From an uncultured Verrucomicrobiae bacterium (lineage in GTDB: Bacteria; Verrucomicrobiota; Verrucomicrobiia; Opitutales; JABDGR01): 64,000 nucleotides of DNA. The notes under the pieces were generated by a model. It saw only the letters and a program-made list of their open reading frames with translations, did not search any database and was not told where the DNA came from. Positions 56,788 through 64,000 of this stretch are shown piece by piece. The stretch is from positions 356,901 to 420,900 of the forward strand of contig CAVXVB010000007.1 of assembly GCA_963765205.1 (NCBI GenBank), read 5' to 3'. A program made the translations under genes and the position numbers. How positions within the stretch are numbered: position 1 is the first letter of the stretch; every line of letters begins with the position of its first letter.

Positions 56788-56982
56788 TCAGCTTGAAATC
56801 GGATTCTCGGAAACAGGCTCGTCCAGATCGGAGGGCTTTGGGAACCAACTCCACAAGTATCGGTGCACTCGGATCGCAAACGCAATCGCGGCAGCCACCA
56901 GCAACAGCAGCGAAATGACCCAAACGACGCGGCCGATCCAAAGGACCAACAACGTCAGTCTAGTTTCGGGGCCTTCGCTCAT
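56788..56982 (-). CDS. Array unit F: 64-aa 1-TM protein
   Basis: CATAAT-8nt-ATG (MSEG); ends NPISS*. Confidence 0.7.
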   Translation of the reverse strand: MSEGPETRLTLLVLWIGRVVWVISLLLLVAAAIAFAIRVHRYLWSWFPKPSDLDEPVSENPISS

Positions 56983-57043
56983 GGAGGGCAATTATGGGCC
57001 AGCTGGAGAGCGCAAAAAAGAAAGCCGCCCTGCGGCGAGTGCG

Positions 57044-57446
57044 TCAGTCTGAAATTGGATTCTCAGGAAGCGGCTCTGGCGGCCCAGCTCGATAGGGCAG
57101 GCGCTTCTCGCCGCGAAACTCAGCGTACACCCGATAAACGCATTGATGCAGCCTCAGCGTGTCACACCAGTAATCCTTGATGCGTCCGAACGACTCAAAG
57201 AGACCCTGGTTAAACCCGTTCTCGATGTCGTTGTACCAGATGACTTGCTGACCAATGATCGCGACGATCCAAAAACCGCCGCCAATATTCCCCATGGTGG
57301 AAGCACCATCGTACAGGCTCGATGCGAATTTGATCCCAAAATGCGCGCAGAGGAGGTTCCATCTCTGATTCGCCGGCAGCGATCAGCGAGAGCAAATCAT
57401 CTCTGCTGATTGGTTCCCAAGTCGAGCTGGGGGGGCGTTTGCTCAT
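57044..57446 (-). CDS. Array unit G: soluble hypothetical protein, frameshift near 57297
   Basis: WEPIS...IRIEPVRW + GGGFWIVAIIGQQVIWYNDIENGFN...YWC; ends NPISD*. Confidence 0.75.
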
Positions 57447-57791
57447 CGCGGGCCATTATAGGCGAGCGGGTGAGAGTGTAAGAAGTGCCTTGCGGGGAGC
57501 GCCGCCAGTCCGAAATCAGAGATCCTGAAAATACCGGTGTCAGGAGCCATAGAGTGAGACCGCGACAAAAAATGGCGGGAAGGTCTCGGCGTAGGTGAGC
57601 ATCGCGGAGAACCCAAGCATTCCGAATGTCCGCTCTGGCTGCTCCCACTTCGTCAGGAGCATTGAAGAAATCGCCCAGGCGTTTACCGCGTAGGCGATTA
57701 GGGTTGCGGACATCAAGAGAACCGGGCCATTGCGCCAACCGACGAAAAAGGCAATTCCATATACCGCGGCAATGCCGGCCAGCTTTAGGAT

Positions 57792-58879
57792 GGCAGCGTC
57801 AACTCTCAATTGCAACAAGAGGCTCGAATAATTCGGCGGGGGTTCGATAGTTGAGCCGTTTTCGCGGCCGGTCGTTGATCAGTGTGGTGTAATGTTCTAA
57901 CTCCTGCCAGGAGACGGTACGCAGGTCGGTGCCTTTGGGGAGGAACTGCCGTAACAGGCCGTTGGTGTGTTCATTCGTTCCTCGTTGCCAGGAACAGTAC
58001 GGCTGGGCGAAGTAGACGTTCATGCCGAGTCGTTTGCTCAGCCGTTCATGCTCAGCAAACTCTTTACCGTTGTCGAAGGTCGCCGTCCGGCGCAGCCTGG
58101 CTGGCAGCCGGCCCAACCGCGATTGAATTTTGTCGGCCACGCGTCGGGCCTTGCGGTCGCAACTCTTTGCGGAGAGCAAATACCCACTCTTGCGTTCGAC
58201 CAGCGTCACGACCGCTCCCGACTGCCGTGCGCCGACGACGGTATCTCCCTCCCAATCACCGTACCGCCGTCGCGCGTTGACCACCCGTGGCCGGCCCTCG
58301 ATCGAAACCTGGCGGGGAATGCGTCCGCGGCGATCATCGCCAGGCCGGCGACGCCCGGCGAACCGCAAGAAGCCCGTAAAATGCTGGCGGTCGGCGCTCG
58401 GTTGCGCGTGGATCCAGGAATAGATCGTCTGGTGCGACACCTGCCGGCAGCGCGCGCCAGGAAAGTCACGCTTCGATCGCCCCGCAATCTGGTCGGGTGA
58501 CCAGTAATGCACCAAATGGCTCCGCACAAACTCGTCCACCTCGGGCCGATCCATCTTCCGTACCAACCTTCGGCGGTGGCGCCGCTGACGCGACTGCTCG
58601 TGAGCCGCCACGGCCCGGTATTCGCCGGCCACCGAGTTGCGCGCCAACTCGCGACTGATCGTCGCGCGGTGCCGCCCCAGTTCTTCAGCGATCTCGGCGT
58701 TCGTAAACCGGGCGTAGCGCATCTGGGATATGCGTTCTCGTTCTTCCAAAGTAAGCTGATGGGCCATCGCTGGGACTCCGTTCGACCAGTCGTTGGAAAT
58801 GGGTCGACTAGTCGAACTCCCAGCGATGTTTTCACCAACAGCAATTCACCTCGCGTTGCGCTTTAGATTAGACGCTGCC
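57792..58879 (-). mobile_element. IS30-family insertion sequence
   Basis: Imperfect 31-bp TIRs beginning GGCAGCGTC; GAT duplicated at 57789-91 and 58880-82. Confidence 0.93.
57799..58767 (-). CDS. IS30 transposase (intact)
   Basis: LTLEERE..I HTH, WSPDQI, GDWEGDTVVG, DNGKEFA, WQRGTNEHTNGLLRQFLPKG. Confidence 0.96.
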   Translation of the reverse strand: MAHQLTLEERERISQMRYARFTNAEIAEELGRHRATISRELARNSVAGEYRAVAAHEQSRQRRHRRRLVRKMDRPEVDEFVRSHLVHYWSPDQIAGRSKRDFPGARCRQVSHQTIYSWIHAQPSADRQHFTGFLRFAGRRRPGDDRRGRIPRQVSIEGRPRVVNARRRYGDWEGDTVVGARQSGAVVTLVERKSGYLLSAKSCDRKARRVADKIQSRLGRLPARLRRTATFDNGKEFAEHERLSKRLGMNVYFAQPYCSWQRGTNEHTNGLLRQFLPKGTDLRTVSWQELEHYTTLINDRPRKRLNYRTPAELFEPLVAIES

Positions 58880-58993
58880 GATCGTTTTCGCCGATTTGTC
58901 GAGTAGGGGACCATTATAGGCGAGCGGGAGTGAGGCAAAAAGCAAACCGCCTCGGAGGCAGCACGTCCATCCGAAATCAGATTTCCCAATCAG

Positions 58994-59263
58994 TCACTCG
59001 CCCAGGATCGCCTGTTTGGGAGCCAGAATATGACCGCGAAAAACACGGCGAAATAAGCCCAGGTGCCCAGAACGTTCCAGTGGGCCCCAACAACGACCAA
59101 AACGCGGCGAGCAAGGAAAACAGCACCACATAACCATCGGTTCTACCGCCTCGCCTCGCAAGATGGCTGTGCCCACCGCAAGCAACGGCGACCCAGAACG
59201 TCGCCACGAGCATATTTCGCAGATTCGTCTGGAACCATGCGGTTTCGTGGGGGCTTCGATCAT
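58994..59263 (-). CDS. Array unit I: small membrane protein, frameshifted
   Basis: TATAGT-8nt-ATG; FQTNLRNMLVATFWVAV motif. Confidence 0.6.
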   Translation of the reverse strand: MIEAPTKPHGSRRICEICSWRRSGSPLLAVGTAILRGEAVEPMVMWCCFPCSPRFGRCWGPLERSGHLGLFRRVFRGHILAPKQAILGE

Positions 59264-59272
59264 AGGTGGCTA

Positions 59273-59377
59273 CTATAGCCAGCCGAGCAACGAGGCGGTC
59301 AGCAGCGCGATTATAGCAATTGCCATGACCGCTCCCGTGGCCACAAACCATTTCGGCGGATCGCCGTCGAAAATCAT
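59273..59377 (-). CDS. Array unit J: 34-aa single-TM peptide
   Basis: TATAAT-7nt-ATG; MIFDGDPPKWFVATGAVMAIAIIALLTASLLGWL*, hand-translated. Confidence 0.55.
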   Translation of the reverse strand: MIFDGDPPKWFVATGAVMAIAIIALLTASLLGWL

Positions 59378-59578
59378 GGGGGTCATTATAGCCAGCCGAC
59401 AAGGCTTCAACCTTCCCGCACACGACAGCACCCCCGCCCGGCGTGAAATTGCATCGCGAATCGCGTATCTTGGGAGTTGAGCGAGACGGCACGTCAGGCG
59501 CTCGACGCGGCATGGCAGTTCGCACCCACGGCACTCATGTTTCTCGTGTTCGCAAACACATCTTCCCGACTCCAGACA

Positions 59579-62270
59579 ATGGTTACGACGGCGGAATCCT
59601 TTCGACGGCCGTTGCGCATCATCAGGCCGGGCGATTGCGCGAGGCCGAAGCCTTGAGTATCGACAGATTCTGCAAGCCGAGCCCTACCATGCCGACGCGT
59701 GCACCTGCTCGGCCTGCTGGCCCACCAGGTCGGCCGCCACGACACGGCCGTCAAGCTGATCAGCCAGGCGATTGCCCTGCGTGGAGACCAGCCGGCTTTC
59801 CATTCCAATTTGGGCGAAGTCTATCGGGCCATGGGAAAACTGACCGAAGCCGGCCAGTCGTTCCGCCAGGCCCTGCGATTGAACTCCACATGCCCGAGGC
59901 CCGCAACAATCTTCAACGTGCTGCGAGCGACCGGCCACACGCAGGAAGCCCTTGAGGCCTTTCGCACCGCGATCCGGCTGCGTCCCGAGTTTGCCGAGGC
60001 TCACAACAACCTGGGGCAGATCTCGATGCGCGGAGACCTGGAAGGCGAGATCGCCTGCCATCGCCGGGCGATCGAGTTGAATCCCTCCTTTGCCGACGCC
60101 CACAGCAGCCTGGGGACGGCACTGCAGGCCTGGGGGAAACCCCCGCCGACGCGATCCGCTGCTTCGAGCAAGCCTTGCAGCTTGCTCCTGCGCAACGGCC
60201 AGTATCACCTCAACCTGGGAGTCGTCTATCAAGGTCAGCGTAAAGTTCGACCAGGCCATCGCCTGTTACCGCGAAGCCTTGCGGCTGGCCCCCGCCACGG
60301 CCTTGGCCCACAACAACCGGGGAGTTGCGCCTGCGCGAGCAGGGGCAAGGCTTGATGAATCCGATCTCGGCCTATCGCGAGGCCCTCCGCGTTCAGCCCG
60401 ATTTTGCCGAAGCCCATTTCAATCTCGGCGTCGCGCTCGAGGGGGCCACGAGCTTGCGGCCGCCGAGGCCGAATTTGAAACCGCCGTGCGGCTGAAACCG
60501 GGCTTTAACTCGACGCCTGGAAATATCCACCACAGCCGGCTGTTGGAAACCCCAGGGGCGGCTTCGACGACTGGGCGCCGGCGCTGTGGGATCGGGCGTT
60601 GCAGCAAAACCCCGAGTATGCGTTGGCCCACTTCAGTCAGGCGAATATCTATAAACTGAAAGGCATGGCGGCCCAGGCGATCGCCTCGTTTCAAGTCGTG
60701 CTTCGCTTCCGGCCCGACTATGCCGCGGTATATATGAACATGGCGGCCATTTATCAGACCATGAACCTGCCGGATCAGTCGGTCGACGTCTGCCTGGCGG
60801 GCCTCAAGTTCGAGCCCAACAATGGCCTGATTCATGGCAACCTGGCGATCGGCCTGCACCAGCAAGGGGCGCAACGACGAGGCGATTGCAGCCATCGCCT
60901 GGGCGGTCGAGTTGCAGCCCGACGACGCCGGCGGACACAGCAATCTGCTGTACTCGCTCTTTATTCGAGGCCCGATTCGGACCCCGCCCGCCTGTTCGCC
61001 GACCATCTCGCGTGGGCCCGCCGGCACGCCGAACCGCTGACCGCGACGGCCCCTCCGCACACGAACGATCGGACGATCCACGGCGGCTGCACAACGGATA
61101 TCTTTCTCCCCCGATCTCCGCGAGCACCCCCTGCACGCATTTGCCGAGCCCATGATCGCGGTGCACGATCACGGGCAGTTCGGAAATCTTTTGCTACTCC
61201 GACGTCGAGACGCAGCTTGTCGACGCCACGACGTCGCGCGGTGCGGGCATCGGCCGACCAGTGGCGCGTCTGTGACCGGCAAATCGGACGCCGAGATTGC
61301 CCCAGCGGTCCGCGATGACGCCATCGACATCCTGGTCGATCTGACCGGCCATATTGGCGGCAACCGGCTTGTTTGACGTTTGCCCGCTCGCCCGGTCACC
61401 GATCCAGGTCACTTACCTGGGCTATCAAAACACCACCGGCATGTCGGCCATGGACTACCGGCTCTACCGACGAGCGGGCCGACCCGCCCGGTTCTGACCG
61501 ATCCCTTTTACACCGAACGGCTGGTGCGTCTCCCGCTGCCGTTTCTTCTGCTATCGACCCCTGGACGAAATGCCGCCGATCACTGCTCGCTGCCGGCGTT
61601 GGCCTCCGGCCGCGTGACGTTCGGGTCGTTCAACAATTTATCCGAAAAAATCACCCGGCAAGTGCTCGACACCTGGTTCGAAGATTCTCATGCGCGTGGC
61701 CCAATTCCCGACTGCTCGTGCTGGCCTATCGCGGCGGCTACTCGAACGGGATTACGCTGGCTCGGGGCGGTTAAACAGCGGGGGATTCATCCGCGCGGAT
61801 CGACCCTGGCACGAACAAATGTCGTGAAGGCCGACTATCTGCTGACGTGCAACAACAAGCCCCAACATCCCGCTCGATGCTTTCCCGTTCAACGGGCACA
61901 CGACCACGTGCGACGCGATCTGGATGGGCGTTTCCGGTGGTCATGCTTCGAAGGCCACAGCTACGCCTTTCGCGTTTCGGCGGTAGCGTGCTGGCCAACC
62001 TGGGGCCTCGAGAGATTCGATCGCCGGCTTCTGTGGAGCAATACGTCGAGACCGCGGCTTCTCTGGCCAGTTGACCTGCAACGATTGGCCCAGTTGCGGG
62101 CTCGAGTTGCGGCGGCGGAGGCCGCTCGTCCTCCGCGCCGTTGAATCGTCTTTCCCGGCTTTAACCTCAACCTGGAACCACGCCTATCGGCAAATGTGGT
62201 GCCCGTGGTGCGAGAACCCCGTCCCCCACCGCTCGCGATCGGCAGCCCGCCAGACCTTCCGCAGGATGAC
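59579..62270 (+). CDS. TPR + SPINDLY/OGT-family (GT41) glycosyltransferase, many frameshifts; end approximate
   Basis: HHQAGRL.EA, AHNNLG TPRs, IDILVDLTGH, YLGY.NTTG, TFGSFNN, DAIWMG. Confidence 0.8.
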
Positions 62271-62278
62271 CGTCATCA

Positions 62279-64000
62279 ATGATAAACGTTGCCGATGCCC
62301 TTCAGGCCGGGATCGATTTTCACAACGCCGGCAATCTTCGCCCAGGCCGAGCAGATGTACCGCCAGGTGCTGGCAGCCAGCCTTGCCATCCCCCTCTGCG
62401 CTTGCACTTGCTCAGCTTGCTCGCCTTTCAATCCGGCAACCCGCAATTGGCGATCCAGTTCGTGACGCAGGCCATTCGCATCGACGGCGGTCAGGCCGTG
62501 TTTCATGGCACGCTGGCCAAAGCTGACCGGCACGCGGGTCAACCCGTCTCGGCGATTGCTTGCTATCGCCAGGCATTGCGCATCAATCCTCAATACGCCG
62601 AGGGGCATAGCAATCTCGGAACCCTCCTGGCAAGCCGGCGGCGACGATGCGTCGGCAGCCGACTGCTACCGCGAGGCCCTGCGGTTGCAGCCCGCTTATG
62701 CCGCCGCACATCGAAACCTGGCCCAGCGTCCTGTGGACGGCGGCGGCAATATGGCTTGTATAGCTTTGTACTTTGGTCACGCTGTCCGGCTGAAACCCGA
62801 CGATGGCGAACTGACCTGGGACTCGGCTATACCCTGCGGGCGCCGGGAAAGCTGGCTGAAGTAGTCTCGGTTTCGAGGCTGCCGTCCGGTTCGCCACGCC
62901 AAACTCGCATTTGGCCCATTGCATGCAGGGGCTTTCGCTTCAAGCCCAAGACCGCCCCGAAGAGGCCATCGCACATCTATCGCCGGGCTATTCCAGATAT
63001 GTCCCACACTTTGCCGTAGTGCATCTACAACCTCGGCACGGTGTTACGCGAGCAAGATCAGCCGCTGGAAGCGTGATCGAAGCTTTTTGCCGGGCCCTGC
63101 AACACAAACCCTCGATGATCCATGCTAACATCAACGTTTCTCCCGGCTTTCAATATTCTGGCTCCAAGCTGACGAAGCGGTCGCCGCCAGCCGCTACGCG
63201 CTTGACCTGGATCCGCAAATGGCCCTCTGGCCACGGCCCATCTCGCCGACGGCTGCAAATGCAGGGAGAAATGGATGCCGAATCGCGGCCTACCGCCGGG
63301 CCGTGGAGTTGGGACCCCGCCAATGCGGCGTGGCACAGCAATCTGATCTATACGCTCAACTTTCATCCGGGTTACGACGCGGCCATGCTGCTCGCCGAAC
63401 ACAGGGCCTGGGCCCGCCGTCATGCCGACCCTCTGACCGGCAACACCGTGCCGCCGGCCAACGGCTCGCACGCCGCGGACCGGCCGCTGAGGATCGGCTA
63501 CGTGTCGCCCCATTTCCGCGAACACGCGGTCGCGTTTTTCAGCGAGCCGATGCTCGCGGCCCACGATCACCGGCAATTCCAGATTTTTTGCTACTCGCAC
63601 GGCAAGCCGGACGCCGCGACCCACCGGTTTCAGGCCGCGGCCGATCATTGGCGCGATGTGTTGGCCCTGGCGGACGACGCCGTGGCACAACGCGTGCGCG
63701 AGGATAAAATAGATATCCTCGTCGATCTGGCCGGACAGATCGCTGCTAAAATTGATCGCCGATATTCGCCCGCAGGCCGGCCCCCGTTCAAGCGACCTAT
63801 CTGGGATATCAGAACACGACCGGCATGGTGGCCATGGACTACCGCCTCATCCGATGCCCACGCCGATCCGCCGGGCATGACCGAGGCCTTTTATACCGAG
63901 CAACACGTGCGTAACACCGCCTCGCGAGTTTTTTGCTACCAGGCTCCCAATGTTTCGCCGCCGGTCAACGCCTTGCCCGTCCGGTGACGCGGGCCCGATT
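62279..64000 (+). CDS. Second TPR + SPINDLY/OGT-family protein, frameshifted, 3'-partial
   Basis: TPRs, [30 protein letters not shown]. Confidence 0.8.

Larger units (their letters stand above)
57540..58904 (-). pseudogene. Array unit H: membrane protein interrupted by IS30
   Basis: Removing the IS joins LDKSAKTI|LKLAGIAAVYG in frame. Confidence 0.65.
55072..59398 (-). repeat. Array of small-gene units bounded by conserved motifs (+ strand GTCAGTCTGAAAT and CCATTATAG)
   Basis: End motif at 55091, 55364, 55656, 56012, 56787, 57043, 57504, 58965; TATAAT-type box at 55638, 55983, 56507, 56991, 57455, 58913, 59272, 59385. Confidence 0.85.

Noticed and set aside
55072..59398. CRISPR array or classical integron
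   Set aside because: The repeats are degenerate and spaced by whole ORFs; no cas or intI gene and no RYYYAAC...GTTRRRY palindromes are seen

Overview
The window reads as two different genomes joined near 50.85 kb. Bases 1 to ~50.8 kb are high-GC housekeeping DNA in the style of Verrucomicrobiota (probably Opitutia; inferred from gene content, not from a search). This part carries cinA, clpB, a YyaL-like gene, mutL, glgP, carB, birA, queG, cls, ackA-xfp, HIT, dprA, nnr, acpS, pdxJ and ruvX. It also carries two toxin-antitoxin loci, a decayed vsr/dcm/GIY-YIG restriction island hit by IS630, a TMTC-like glycosyltransferase and a pectin-degradation cluster. It is dense with heptamer and nonamer inverted tandem-repeat elements, some translated inside enzymes. 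It also holds a 788-bp transposase-less element with IS1-like ends and an 8-bp target duplication, carrying one integron-type cassette. Bases ~50.9-64 kb look planctomycete-like and are full of indels: a Zn-ribbon protein, a Ser/Thr kinase and two TPR/SPINDLY-type genes. The most striking feature is at 55.07-59.40 kb: a head-to-tail array of about 10 small, unrelated, mostly membrane-protein ORFs. Most start 6-8 nt after a conserved TATAAT box and end at a conserved ATTTCAGACTGAC motif that resembles a single IS1-family end. No attC sites or integrase are visible, so this is a candidate non-integron gene-cassette system. Many single-base frameshifts are probably sequencing errors.
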